DNA of 64,000 nucleotides from the human T2T-CHM13v2.0 reference genome, Homo sapiens, in the NCBI RefSeq assembly GCF_009914755.1, contig NC_060948.1; one strand, written 5' to 3'. Made by a program: the position numbers and the translations under genes. Under the pieces are notes generated by a model. The model was not told the DNA's origin and made no database searches. It saw nothing but the letters and a program-made list of their open reading frames with translations. How positions within the stretch are numbered: the stretch's first letter is position 1; each line of letters begins with the position of its first letter. Of the stretch, positions 1 to 21,000 are shown piece after piece.

Positions 1-1317
1 ATTATACGGTTAATATACGTATTAAATATAAATTATACATTATATATATTATATATAATATATCTGTTATATATAATACCCATTATGCATAATATATATA
101 TTATGTCTATGTTATATATAGTATAAAACAACATATAATAATATATAATTGTATATATAAAATGCGACATATAATATATATTATATTTTATAACATATGT
201 AATATATATCATATATTATATATAATACGTTGTATGTATAATACCTATATTAAATATATATTATATGACTATGTTATTAATTACATGTCACATGTGTTAT
301 ATATTATATATTTTACATAGAATATACCGGTTACATACAATATATACTATGTTACCTATAATGTATAATTGATTACATGTAAAATAAAGAATGCAATATA
401 TTATGTATAATTTATAATATACAATATGTGGAATGTGACATATGTAACATATAATATATGATATATGATATACAGTATATGATATATAACATACAATATA
501 TGATTCCTAATATATATGGTATACAATATATATTTTATGATATGTATTCTATATGTTTTATATTCTGTTATATATAACTATTTGAAATTATATATAACTG
601 TATAATATTTTATGTAAATATGTAATATAATATATATAACTATATAATATATTATATATAACTATATATTATGTTATATATACTTTTATAACATAATTTA
701 CATAAAATATCATAATATAATATATATTATATTATTTCATATTACATAATATATATTACATATCACCCAATATAACTAACATACATAATATTATAATATA
801 GATTATATTATGTTATATTAAATATCATATATATCATGTATCATATATTCTATAATATATATTACACATTATATAATATGTATGTTGTCTATTATGTGAT
901 ATATATAACTATATATATAATTATATTTTTATACATATAACTAGATAAACATGTAATTCTACATATTTTCATTTGTAATATGTAGAATTATATAATCATA
1001 TATAATTATTTATATTCTATAAAAAATTTTATCATTATATAAATTATAATATATAAAAATTATAATATGTACTACATATATATATATTATATATCATATA
1101 TGATATAGTACCTTTGTTATATATCATAATACATATAAATGTGTATTATGTTATCTATAATTATATAATTTCATATATAAGATGTATAATATGTATCATA
1201 TATTATATATGTTATGTAATATATATAGTATATATAAGATGACACAGGATAAATATTATATACTATGACATATAAAATATATGAGGTTATATGTTACATA
1301 TAAGGCATAGCACATAA

Positions 1318-1632
<315 letters not shown>

Positions 1633-2200
1633 AGATCCGTATTTTTTAAATGAAAAAAAATTTCAAAGGTACTCTGCTTGGTACAATAATCAAATGTATA
1701 AACTGAGGAATAAAACATAACCATGAAACCTACTTATAACTGCATATGGAAAATACAGAGGATAATTTTTTAAATAACATATTTTGAAAGCCTTAACTAG
1801 TAATTTGAAGAGTTGGCATTTGAAAGGCCAGTATGAATATACCTTCAAAGCAGCAACACAGGTTCCCCATGAGAAAAAGCAAACACAGGGAAAATAAAAA
1901 CACAAAGGTTCAATCTCTTCTGACCTTTGAAAGACACAGCACAGACAGTGGTCCTTAGGACGAAGAGCAGGAGACCCCTAATTCCGTCACCATGGCGATA
2001 GGGCATAAACATTGCTGGGTGAGGGCACAATCCACATTGTGAGGTCCAACTGCTGCCAGGAAGACAGGAGTGCTTTTACATAGACCGAAAGGTCATTGAA
2101 GGCTCAGAGTTTTGTTTCAAGAACTGAATCCCAAGCCCACACGTTATTAGGCTGCGCTTCTTAAAACAAGTTATGAGATGGGAAAAAGGGCACCCACAAA
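1633..2200. repeat. HSATI-like segment of the DYZ2 unit (representative copy; occupies the ~568 bp after each Alu listed)
   Basis: Seen: non-Alu, non-low-complexity ~570-bp segment (agatcc...gggcacccacaaa) in all 26 full units. The HSATI name follows from the known DYZ2 architecture, not from a database alignment. Confidence 0.75.
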
Positions 2201-4054
<1,854 letters not shown>

Positions 4055-6184
4055 AGATCCGTATTTTTTAAATGAAAAAAAATTTCAAAGGTACTCTGCT
4101 TGGTACAATAATCAAATGTATAAACTGAGGAATAAAACATAACCATGAAACCTACTTATAACTGCATATGGAAAATACAGAGGATAATTTTTTAAATAAC
4201 ATATTTTGAAAGCCTTAACTAGTAATTTGAAGAGTTGGCATTTGAAAGGCCAGTATGAATATACCTTCAAAGCAGCAACACAGGTTCCCCATGAGAAAAA
4301 GCAAACACAGGGAAAATAAAAACACAAAGGTTCAATCTCTTCTGACCTTTGAAAGACACAGCACAGACAGTGGTCCTTAGGACGAAGAGCAGGAGACCCC
4401 TAATTCCGTCACCATGGCGATAGGGCATAAACATTGCTGGGTGAGGGCACAATCCACATTGTGAGGTCCAACTGCTGCCAGGAAGACAGGAGTGCTTTTA
4501 CATAGACCGAAAGGTCATTGAAGGCTCAGAGTTTTGTTTCAAGAACTGAATCCCAAGCCCACACGTTATTAGGCTGCGCTTCTTAAAACAAGTTATGAGA
4601 TGGGAAAAAGGGCACCCACAAACATACGTATACATTATGTATATAATAATATACAGTATCATATATATAATATATATAACCTATGTATAATATTGTTTTA
4701 CATCCTGCATCTTATGTTATATATATTGTATAAAATATAATAATTGATAATATATAAGTTTTATAATTATACAATATGACATATAGTATATATTATAATT
4801 TATGACATATATAATATATGTTATATGTCATATATAGAATATATTATACGGTTAATATACGTATTAAATATAAATTATACATTATATATATTATATATAA
4901 TATATCTGTTATATATAATACCCATTATGCATAATATATATATTATGTCTATGTTATATATAGTATAAAACAACATATAATAATATATAATTGTGTATAT
5001 AAAATGCGACATATAATATATATTATATTTTATAACATATGTAATATATATTATATATTATATATAATACGTTGTATGTATAATACCTATATTAAATATA
5101 TATTATATGACTATGTTATTAATTACATGTCACATGTGTTATATATTATATATTTTACATAGAATATACCGGTTACATACAATATATACTATGTTACCTA
5201 TAATGTATAATTGATTACATGTAAAATAAAGAATGCAATATATTATGTAAAATTTATAATATACAATATGTGGAATGTGACATATGTAACATATAATATA
5301 TGATATATGATATACAGTATATGATATATAACATACAATATATGATTCCTAATATATATGGTATACAATATATATTTTATGATATGTATTCTATATGTTT
5401 TATATTCTGTTATATATAACTATTTGAAATTATATATAACTGTATAATATTTTATGTAAATATGTAATATAATATATATAACTATATAATATATTATATA
5501 TAACTATATATTATGTTATATATACTTTTATAACATAATTTACATAAAATATCATAATATAATATATATTATATTTTTTCATATTACATAATATATATTA
5601 CATATCACCCAATATAACTAACATACATAATATTATAATATAGATTATATTATGTTATATTAAATATCATATATATCATGTATCATATATTCTATAATAT
5701 ATATTACACATTATATAATATGTATGTTGTCTATTATGTGATATATATAACTATGTATATAATTATATTTTTATACATATAACTAGATAAACATGTAATT
5801 CTACATATTTTCATTTGTAATATGTAGAATTATATAATCATATATAATTATTTATATTCTATATAAAATTTTATCATTATATAAATTATAATATATAAAA
5901 ATTATAATATGTACTACAAATATATATATATTATATATCATATATGATATAGTACCTTTGTTATATATCATAATACATATAAATGTGTATTATGTTATCT
6001 ATAATTATATAATTTCATATATAAGATGTATAATATGTATCATATATTATATATGTTATGTAATATATATAGTATATATAAGATGACACAGGATAAATAT
6101 TATATACTATGACATATAAAATATATGAGGTTATATGTTACATATAAGGCATAGCACATAACATGTAATATATATCATATATAA

Positions 6185-6476
6185 TTTTTTTTTAGACAGA
6201 ATCTTGTCCTGTTGCACAGGGTGGGGTACAATGGCGCCATCTTTGCTGACTGCAAATTCTGCCTCACGGGTCCAAGCGATTGTCCTCCCTCAGCCTCCCA
6301 GGTAGCTGGGACTACACCACACTGGGACTACACCAGCTGCCACCATGCCTAGCTAATTTTTTGGATTTTTAGTAGTGACAGCGTTTCACTGTATTGGCCA
6401 GGATGGTCTTGATCTCTTCACCTTGTGATCCCCTTGCCTTGGCCTCCAAATTTGCTGGGATTACAGGCCTGAGCCA
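6185..6476 (-). mobile_element. DYZ2 Alu, unit 3
   Basis: Copy of the unit-1 Alu. Confidence 0.92.
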
Positions 6477-8581
6477 AGATCCATATTTTTTAAATGAAAA
6501 AAAATTTCAAAGGTACTCTGCTTGGTACAATAATCAAATGTATAAACTGAGGAATAAAACATAACCATGAAACCTACTTATAACTGCATATGGAAAATAC
6601 AGAGGATAATTTTTTAAATAACATATTTTGAAAGCCTTAACTAGTAATTTGAAGAGTTGGCATTTGAAAGGCCAGTATGAATATACCTTCAAAGCAGCAA
6701 CACAGGTTCCCCATGAGAAAAAGCAAACACAGGGAAAATAAAAACACAAAGGTTCAATCTCTTCTGACCTTTGAAAGACACAGCACAGACAGTGGTCCTT
6801 AGGACGAAGAGCAGGAGACCCCTAATTCCGTCACCATGGCGATAGGGCATAAACATTGCTGGGTGAGGGCACAATCCACATTGTGAGGTCCAACTGCTGC
6901 CAGGAAGACAGGAGTGCTTTTACATAGACCGAAAGGTCATTGAAGGCTCAGAGTTTTGTTTCAAGAACTGAATCCCAAGCCCACACGTTATTAGGCTGCG
7001 CTTCTTAAAACAAGTTATGAGATGGGAAAAAGGGCACCCACAAACATACGTATACATTATGTATATAATAATATACAGTATCATATATATAATATATATA
7101 ACCTATGTATAATACTGTTTTACATCCTGCATCTTATGTTATATATATTGTATAAAATATAATAATTGATAATATATAAGTTTTATAATTATACAATATG
7201 ACATATAGTATATATTATAATTTATGACATATATAATATATGTTATATGTCATATATAGAATATATTATACGGTTAATATACGTATTAAATATAAATTAT
7301 ACATTATATATATTATATACAATATATCTGTTATATATAATACCCATTATGCATAATATATATATTATGTCTATGTTATATATAGTATAAAACAACATAT
7401 AATAATATATAATTGTATATATAAAATGCGACATATAATATATATTATATTTTATAACATATGTAATATATATTATATATTATATATAATACGTTGTATG
7501 TATAATACCTATATTAAATATATATTATATGACTATGTTATTAATTACATGTCACATGTGTTATATATTATATATTTTACATAGAATATACCGGTTACAT
7601 ACAATATATACTATGTTACCTATAATGTATAATTTATTACATGTAAAATAAAGAATGCAATATATTATGTATAATTTATAATATACCATATGTGGAATGT
7701 GATATATATAACATATAATATATGATATATGATATACAGTATATGATATATAACATACAATATATGATTCCTAATATATATGGTATACAATATATATTTT
7801 ATGATATGTATTCTATATGTTTTATATTCTGTTATATATAACTATTTGAAATTATATATAACTGTATAATATTTTATGTAAATATGTAATACAATATATA
7901 TAACTATATAATATATTATATATAACTATATATTATGTTATATATACTTTTATAACATAATTTACATAAAATATCATAATATAATATATATTATATTATT
8001 TCATATTACATAATATATATTACATATCACCCAATATAACTAACATACATAATATTATAAGATAGATTATATTGTGTTATATTAAATATCATATATATCA
8101 TGTATCATATATTCTATAATATATATTACACATTATATAATATGTATGTTGTCTATTATGTGATATATATAACTCAATATATAATTATATTTTTATACAT
8201 ATAACTAGATAAACATGTAATTCTACATATTTTCATTTATAATATGTAGAATTATATAATCATATATAATTATTTATATTCTATAAAAAATTTTATCATT
8301 ATATAAATTATAATATATAAAAATTATAATATGTACTACAAATATATATATTATATATCATATATGATATAGTACCTTTGTTATATATCATAATACATAT
8401 AAATGTGTATTATGTTATCTATAATTATATAATTTCATATATAAGATGTATAATATGTATCATATATTATATAAGTTATGTAATATATATAGTATATATA
8501 AGATGACACAGGATAAATATTATATACTATGACATATAAAATATATGAGGTTATATGTTACATATAAGGCATAGCACATAA

Positions 8582-8896
<315 letters not shown>

Positions 8897-11003
8897 AGAT
8901 CCATATTTTTTAAATGAAAAAAAATTTCAAAGGTACTCTGCTTGGTACAATAATCAAATGTATAAACTGAGGAATAAAACATAACCATGAAACCTACTTA
9001 TAACTGCATATGGAAAATACAGAGGATAATTTTTTAAATAACATATTTTGAAAGCCTTAACTAGTAATTTGAAGAGTTGGCATTTGAAAGGCCAGTATGA
9101 ATATACCTTCAAAGCAGCAACACAGGTTCCCCATGAGAAAAAGCAAACACAGGGAAAACAAAAACACAAAGGTTCAATCTCTTCTGACCTTTGAAAGACA
9201 CAGCACAGACAGTGGTCCTTAGGACGAAGAGCAGGAGACCCCTAATTCCGTCACCATGGTGATAGGGCATAAACATTGCTGGGTGAGGGCACAATCCACA
9301 TTGTGAGGTCCAACTGCTGCCAGGAAGACAGGAGTGCTTTTACATAGACCGAAAGGTCATTGAAGGCTCAGAGTTTTGTTTCAAGAACTGAATCCCAAGC
9401 CCACACGTTATTAGGCTGCGCTTCTTAAAACAAGTTATGAGATGGGAAAAAGGGCACCCACAAACATACGTATACATTATGTATATAATAATATACGGTA
9501 TCATATATATAATATATATAACCTATGTATAATACTGTTTTACATCCTGCATCTTATGTTATATATATTGTATAAAATATAATAATTGATAATATATAAG
9601 TTTTATAATTATACAATATGACATATAGTATATATTATAATTTATGACATATATAATATATGTTATATGTCATATATAGAATATATTATACGGTTAATAT
9701 ACGTATTAAATATAAATTATACCTCATATATATTATATACAATATATCTGTTATATATAATACACATTATGCATAATATATATATTATGTCTATGTTATA
9801 TATAGTATAAAACAACATATAATAATATATAATTGTATATATAAAATGTGACATATAATATATATTATATTTTATAACATATGTAATATATATTATATAT
9901 TATATATAATACGTTGTATGTATAATACCTATATTAAATATATATTATATGACTATGTTATTAATTACATGTCACATGTGTTATATATTATATATTTTAC
10001 ATAGAATATACCGGTTACATACAATATATACTATGTTACCTATAATGTATAATTTATTACATGTAAAATAAAGAATGCAATATATTATGTATAATTTATA
10101 ATATACAATATGTGGAATGTGACATATGTAACATATAATATATGATATATGATATACAGTATATGATATATAACATACAATATATGATTCCTAATATATA
10201 TGGTATACAATATATATTTTATGATATGTATTCTATATGTTTTATATTCTGTTATATATAACTATTTGAAATTATATATAACTGTATAATATTTTATGTA
10301 AATATGTAATATAATATATATAACTATATAATATATTATATATAACTATATATTATGTTATATATACTTTTATAACATAATTTACATAAAATATCATAAT
10401 ATAATATATATTATATTATTTCATATTACATAATATATATTACATATCACCCAATATAACTAACATACATAATATTATAATTTAGATTATATTATGTTAT
10501 ATTAAATATCATATATATCATGTATCATATATTCTATAATATATATTACACTTTATATAATATGTATGTTGTCTATTATGTGATATATATAACTCAATAT
10601 ATAATTATATTTTTATACATATAACTAGATAAACATGTAATTCTACATATTTTCATTTATAATATGTAGAATTATATAATCATATATAATTATTTATATT
10701 CTATAAAAAATTTTATCATTATATAAATTATAATATATAAAAATTATAATATGTACTACAAATATATATATATTATATATCATATATGATATAGTACCTT
10801 TGTTATATATCATAATACATATAAATGTGTATTATGTTATCTATAATTATATAATTTCATATATAAGATGTATAATATGTATCATATATTATATATGTTA
10901 TGTAATATATATGGTATATATAAGATGACACAGGATAAATATTATATACTATGACATATAAAATATATGAGGTTATATGTTACATATAAGGCATAGCACA
11001 TAA

Positions 11004-11318
<315 letters not shown>

Positions 11319-13423
11319 AGATCCATATTTTTTAAATGAAAAAAAATTTCAAAGGTACTCTGCTTGGTACAATAATCAAATGTATAAACTGAGGAATAAA
11401 ACATAACCATGAAACCTACTTATAACTGCATATGGAAAATACAGAGGATAATTTTTTAAATAACATATTTTGAAAGCCTTAACTAGTAATTTGAAGAGTT
11501 GGCATTTGAAAGGCCAGTATGAATAAACCTTCAAAGCAGCAACACAGGTTCCCCATGAGAAAAAGCAAACACAGGGAAAATAAAAACACAAAGGTTCAAT
11601 CTCTTCTGACCTTTGAAAGACACAGCACAGACAGTGGTCCTTAGGACGAAGAGCAGGAGACCCCTAATTCCGTCACCATGGCGATAGGGCATAAACATTG
11701 CTGGGTGAGGGCACAATCCACATTGTGAGGTCCAACTGCTGCCAGGAAGACAGGAGTGCTTTTACATAGACCGAAAGGTCATTGAAGGCTCAGAGTTTTG
11801 TTTCAAGAACTGAATCCCAAGCCCACACGTTATTAGGCTGCGCTTCTTAAAACAAGTTATGAGATGGGAAAAAGGGCACCCACAAACATACGTATACATT
11901 ATGTATATAATAATATACTGTATCATATATATAATATATATAACCTATGTATAATATTGTTTTACATCCTGCATCTTATGTTATATATATTGTATAAAAT
12001 ATAATAATTGATAATATATAAGTTTTATAATTATACAATATGACATATAGTATATATTATAATTTATGACATATATAATATATGTTATATATCATATATA
12101 GAATATATTATACGGTTAATATACGTATTAAATATAAATTATACCTTATATATATTATATATAATATATCTGTTATATATAATACCCATTATGCATAATA
12201 TATATATTATGTCTATGTTATATATAGTATAAAACAACATATAATAATATATAATTGTATATATAAAATGCGACATATAATATATATTATATTTTATAAC
12301 ATATGTAATATATATTATATATTATATATAATACGTTGTATGTATAATACCTATATTAAATATATATTATATGACTATGTTATTAATTACATGTCACATG
12401 TGTTATATATTATATATTTTACATAGAATATACCGGTTACATACAATATATACTATGTTACCTATAATGTATAATTTATTACATGTAAAATAAAGAATGC
12501 AATATATTATGTATAATTTACAATATACAATATGTGGAATGTGACATATGTAACATATAATATATGATATATGATATACAGTATATGATATATAACATAC
12601 AATATATGATTCCTAATATATATGGTATACAATATATATTTTATGATATGTATTCTATATGTTTTATATTCTGTTATATATAACTATTTGAAATTATATA
12701 TAACTGTATAATATTTTATGTAAATATGTAATATAATATATATAACTATATAATATATTATATATAACTATATATTATGTTATATATACTTTTATAACAT
12801 AATTTACATAAAATATCATAATATAATATATATTATATTATTTCATATTACATAATATATATTACATATCACCCAATATAACTAACATACATAATATTAT
12901 AATATAGATTATATTATGTTATATTAAATATCATATATATCATGTATCATATATTCTATAATATATATTACACATTATATAATATGTATGTTGTCTATTA
13001 CGTGATATATATAACTCAATATATAATTATATTTTTATACATATAACTAGATAAACATGTAATTCTACATATTTTCATTTATAATATGTAGAATTATATA
13101 ATCATATATAATTATTTATATTCTATAAAAAATTTTATCATTATATAAATTATAATATATAAAAATTATAATATGTACTACAAATATATATATTATATAT
13201 CATATATGATATAGTACCTTTGTTATATATCATAATACATATAAATGTGTATTATGTTATCTATAATTATATAATTTCATATATAAGATGTATAATATGT
13301 ATCATATATTATATATGTTATGTAATATATATAGTATATATAAGATGACACAGGATAAATATTATATACTATGACATATAAAATATATGAGGTTTTATGT
13401 TACATATAAGGCATAGCACATAA

Positions 13424-13738
<315 letters not shown>

Positions 13739-15843
13739 AGATCCATATTTTTTAAATGAAAAAAAATTTCAAAGGTACTCTGCTTGGTACAATAATCAAA
13801 TGTATAAACTGAGGAATAAAACATAACCATGAAACCTACTTATAACTGCATATGGAAAATACAGAGGATAATTTTTTAAATAACATATTTTGAAAGCCTT
13901 AACTAGTAATTTGAAGAGTTGGCATTTGAAAGGCCAGTATGAATATACCTTCAAAGCAGCAACACAGGTTCCCCATGAGAAAAAGCAAACACAGGGAAAA
14001 TAAAAACACAAAGGTTCAATCTCTTCTGACCTTTGAAAGACACAGCACAGACAGTGGTCCTTAGGACGAAGAGCAGGAGACCCCTAATTCCGTCACCATG
14101 GCGATAGGGCATAAACATTGCTGGGTGAGGGCACAATCCACATTGTGAGGTCCAACTGCTGCCAGGAAGACAGGAGTGCTTTTACATAGACCGAAAGGTC
14201 ATTGAAGGCTCAGAGTTTTGTTTCAAGAACTGAATCCCAAGCCCACACGTTATTAGGCTGCGCTTCTTAAAACAAGTTATGAGATGGGAAAAAGGGCACC
14301 CACAAACATACGTATACATTATGTATATAATAATATACAGTATCATATATATAATATATATAACCTATGTATAATATTGTTTTACATCCTGCATCTTATG
14401 TTATATATATTGTATAAAATATAATAATTGATAATATATAAGTTTTATAATTATACAATATGACATATAGTATATATTATAATTTATGACATATATAATA
14501 TATGTTATATGTCATATATAGAATATATTATACGGTTAATATACGTATTAAATATAAATTATACATTATATATATTATATATAATATATCTGTTATATAT
14601 AATACCCATTATGCATAATATATATATTATGTCTATGTTATATATAGTATAAAACAACATATAATAATATATAATTGTATATATAAAATGCGACATATAA
14701 TATATATTATATTTTATAACATATGTAATATATATTATATATTATATATAATACGTTGTATGTATAATACCTATATTAAATATATATTATATGACTATGT
14801 TATTAATTACATGTCACATGTGTTATATATTATATATTTTACATAGAATATACCGGTTACATACAATATATACTATGTTACCTATAATGTATAATTGATT
14901 ACATGTAAAATAAAGAATGCAATATATTATGTAAAATTTATAATATACAATATGTGGAATGTGATATATGTAACATATAATATATGATATATGATATACA
15001 GTATATGATATATAACATACAATATATGATTCCTAATATATATGGTATACAATATATATTTTATGATATGTATTCTATATGTTTTATATTCTGTTATATA
15101 TAACTATTTGAAATTATATATAACTGTATAATATTTTATGTAAATATGTAATATAATATATATAACTATATAATATATTATATATAACTATATATTATGT
15201 TATATATACTTTTATAACATAATTTACATAAAATATCATAATATAATATATATTATATTTTTTCATATTACATAATATATATTACATATCACCCAATATA
15301 ACTAACATACATAATATTATAATATAGATTATATTTTGTTATATTAAATATCATATATATCATGTATCATATATTCTATAATATATATTACACATTATAT
15401 AATATGTATGTTGTCTATTATGTGATATATATAACTATATATATAATTATATTTTTATACATATAACTAGATAAACATGTAATTCTACATATTTTCATTT
15501 ATAATATGTAGAATTATATAATCATATATAATTCTTTATATTCTATAAAAAATTTTATCATTATATAAATTATAATATATAAAAATTATAATATGTACTA
15601 CAAATATATATATTATATATCATATATGATATAGTACCTTTGTTATATATCATAATACATATAAATGTGTATTATGTTATCTATAATTATATAATTTCAT
15701 ATATAAGTTGTATAATATGTATCATATATTATATAGGTTATGTAATATATATAGTATATATAAGATGACACAGGATAAATATTATATACTATGACATATA
15801 AAACATAAGAGGTTATATGTTACATATAAGGCATAGCACATAA

Positions 15844-16158
<315 letters not shown>

Positions 16159-18265
16159 AGATCCATATTTTTTAAATGAAAAAAAATTTCAAAGGTACTC
16201 TGCTTGGTACAATAATCAAATGTATAAACTGAGGAATAAAACATAACCATGAAACCTACTTATAACTGCATATGGAAAATACAGAGGATAATTTTTTAAA
16301 TAACATATTTTGAAAGCCTTAACTAGTAATTTGAAGAGTTGGCATTTGAAAGGCCAGTATGAATATACCTTCAAAGCAGCAACACAGGTTCCCCATGAGA
16401 AAAAGCAAACACAGGGAAAATAAAAACACAAAGGTTCAATCTCTTCTGACCTTTGAAAGACACAGCACAGACAGTGGTCCTTAGGACGAAGAGCAGGAGA
16501 CCCCTAATTCCGTCACCATGGCGATAGGGCATAAACATTGCTGGGTGAGGGCACAATCCACATTGTGAGGTCCAACTGCTGCCAGGAAGACAGGAGTGCT
16601 TTTACATAGACCGAAAGGTCATTGAAGGCTCAGAGTTTTGTTTCAAGAACTGAATCCCAAGCCCACACGTTATTAGGCTGCGATTCTTAAAACAAGTTAT
16701 GAGATGGGAAAAAGGGCACCCACAAACATACGTATACATTATGTATATAATAATATACAGTATCATATATATAATATATATAACCTATGTATAATATTGT
16801 TTTACATCCTGCATCTTATGTTATATATATTGTATAAAATATAATAATTGATAATATATAAGTTTTATAATTATACAATATGACATATAGTATATATTAT
16901 AATTGATGACATATATAATATATGTTATATATCATATATAGAGTATATTATACGGTTAATATACGTATTAAATATAAATTATACCTTATATATATTATAT
17001 ATAATATATCTGTTATATATAATACCCATTATGCATAATATATATATTATGTCTATGTTATATATAGTATAAAACAACATATAATAATATATAATTGTAT
17101 ATATAAAATGCGACATATAATATATATTATATTTTATAACATATGTAATATATATCATATATTATATATAATACGTTGTATGTATAATACCTATATTAAA
17201 TATATATTATATGACTATGTTATTAATTACATGTCACATGTGTTATATATTATATATTTTACATAGAATATACCGGTTACATACAATATATACTATGTTA
17301 CCTATAATGTATAATTTATTACATGTAAAATAAAGAATGCAATATATTATGTATAATTTATAATATACAATATGTGGAATGTGACATATGTAACATATAA
17401 TATATGATATATGATATACAGTATATGATATATAACATACAATATATGATTCCTAATATATATGGTATACAATATATATTTTATGATATGTATTCTATAT
17501 GTTTTATATTCTGTTATATATAACTATTTGAAATTATATATAACTGTATAATATTTTATGTAAATATGTAATATAATATATATAACTATATAATATATTA
17601 TATATAACTATATATTATGTTATATATACTTTTATAACATAATTTACATAAAATATCATAATATAATATATATTATATTATTTCATATTACATAATATAT
17701 ATTACATATCACCCAATATAACTAACATACATAATATTATAATATAGATTATATTATGTTATATTAAATATCATATATATCATGTATCATATATTCTATA
17801 ATATATATTACACATTATATAATATGTATGTTGTCTATTATGTGATATATATAACTATATATATAATTATATTTTTATACACATAACTAGATAAACATGT
17901 AATTCTACATATTTTCATTTGTAATATGTAGAATTATATAATCATATATAATTATTTATATTCTATAAAAAATTTTATCATTATATAAATTATAATATAT
18001 AAAAATTATAATATGTACTACAAATATATATATATTATATATCATATATGATATAGTACCTTTGTTATATATCATAATACATATAAATGTGTATTATGTT
18101 ATCTATAATTATATAATTTCATATATAAGATGTATAATATGTATCATATATTATATATGTTATGTAATATATATAGTATATATAAGATGACACAGGATAA
18201 ATATTATATACTATGACATATAAAATATATGAGGTTATATGTTACATATAAGGCATAGCACATAA

Positions 18266-18580
<315 letters not shown>

Positions 18581-20685
18581 AGATCCGTATTTTTTAAATG
18601 AAAAAAAATTTCAAAGGTACTCTGCTTGGTACAATAATCAAATGTATAAACTGAGGAATAAAACATAACCATGAAACCTACTTATAACTGCATATGGAAA
18701 ATACAGAGGATAATTTTTTAAATAACATATTTTGAAAGCCTTAACTAGTAATTTGAAGAGTTGGCATTTGAAAGGCCAGTATGAACATACCTTCAAAGCA
18801 GCAACACAGGTTCCCCATGAGAAAAAGCAAACACAGGGAAAATAAAAACACAAAGGTTCAATCTCTTCTGACCTTTGAAAGACACAGCACAGACAGTGGT
18901 CCTTAGGACGAAGAGCAGGAGACCCCTAATTCCGTCACCATGGCGATAGGGCATAAACATTGCTGGGTGAGGGCACAATCCACATTGTGAGGTCCAACTG
19001 CTGCCAGGAAGACAGGAGTGCTTTTACATAGACCGAAAGGTCATTGAAGGCTCAGAGTTTTGTTTCAAGAACTGAATCCCAAGCCCACACGTTATTAGGC
19101 TGCGCTTCTTAAAACAAGTTATGAGATGGGAAAAAGGGCACCCACAAACATACGTATACATTATGTATATAATAATATACTGTATCATATATATAATATA
19201 TATAACCTATGTATAATATTGTTTTACATCCTGCATCTTATGTTATATATATTGTATAAAATATAATAATTGATAATATATAAGTTTTATAATTATACAA
19301 TATGACATATAGTATATATTATAATTTATGACATATATAATATATGTTATATATCATATATAGAATATATTATACGGTTAATATACGTATTAAATATAAA
19401 TTATACCTTATATATATTATATATAATATATCTGTTATATATAATACCCATTATGCATAATATATATATTATGTCTATGTTATATATAGTATAAAACAAC
19501 ATATAATAATATATAATTGTATATATAAAATGCGACATATAATATATATTATATTTTATAACATATGTAATATATATTATATATTATATATAATACGTTG
19601 TATGTATAATACCTATATTAAATATATATTATATGACTATGTTATTAATTACATGTCACATGTGTTATATATTATATATTTTACATAGAATATACCGGTT
19701 ACATACAATATATACTATGTTACCTATAATGTATAATTTATTACATGTAAAATAAAGAATGCAATATATTATGTATAATTTACAATATACAATATGTGGA
19801 ATGTGACATATGTAACATATAATATATGATATATGATATACAGTATATGATATATAACATACAATATATGATTCCTAATATATATGGTATACAATATATA
19901 TTTTATGATATGTATTCTATATGTTTTATATTCTGTTATATATAACTATTTGAAATTATATATAACTGTATAATATTTTATGTAAATATGTAATATAATA
20001 TATATAACTATATAATATATTATATATAACTATATATTATGTTATATATACTTTTATAACATAATTTACATAAAATATCATAATATAATATATATTATAT
20101 TATTTCATATTACATAATATATATTACATATCACCCAATATAACTAACATACATAATATTATAATATAGATTATATTATGTTATATTAAATATCATATAT
20201 ATCATGTATCATATATTCTATAATATATATTACACATTATATAATATGTATGTTGTCTATTACGTGATATATATAACTCAATATATAATTATATTTTTAT
20301 ACATATAACTAGATAAACATGTAATTCTACATATTTTCATTTATAATATGTAGAATTATATAATCATATATAATTATTTATATTCTATAAAAAATTTTAT
20401 CATTATATAAATTATAATATATAAAAATTATAATATGTACTACAAATATATATATTATATATCATATATGATATAGTACCTTTGTTATATATCATAATAC
20501 ATATAAATGTGTATTATGTTATCTATAATTATATAATTTCATATATAAGATGTATAATATGTATCATATATTATATATGTTATGTAATATATATAGTATA
20601 TATAAGATGACACAGGATAAATATTATATACTATGACATATAAAATATATGAGGTTTTATGTTACATATAAGGCATAGCACATAA

Positions 20686-21000
<315 letters not shown>

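Noticed and set aside
281-298. Paired ACATGT motifs resembling a p53 response element
   Set aside because: Cores are 7 bp apart rather than 10, and the flanks do not fit RRRCWWGYYY.
1705-1900. AATAAA polyadenylation signals and abundant TATA-like motifs
   Set aside because: Expected by chance at this AT content, with no associated gene structure.
1690-2030. 71-aa and 61-aa minus-strand ORFs repeated in nearly every unit
   Set aside because: Short, overlapping and with no recognisable domain. Conservation simply reflects ~99% DNA identity, most observed variants are non-synonymous, and the 71-aa start is lost in U22/U23.
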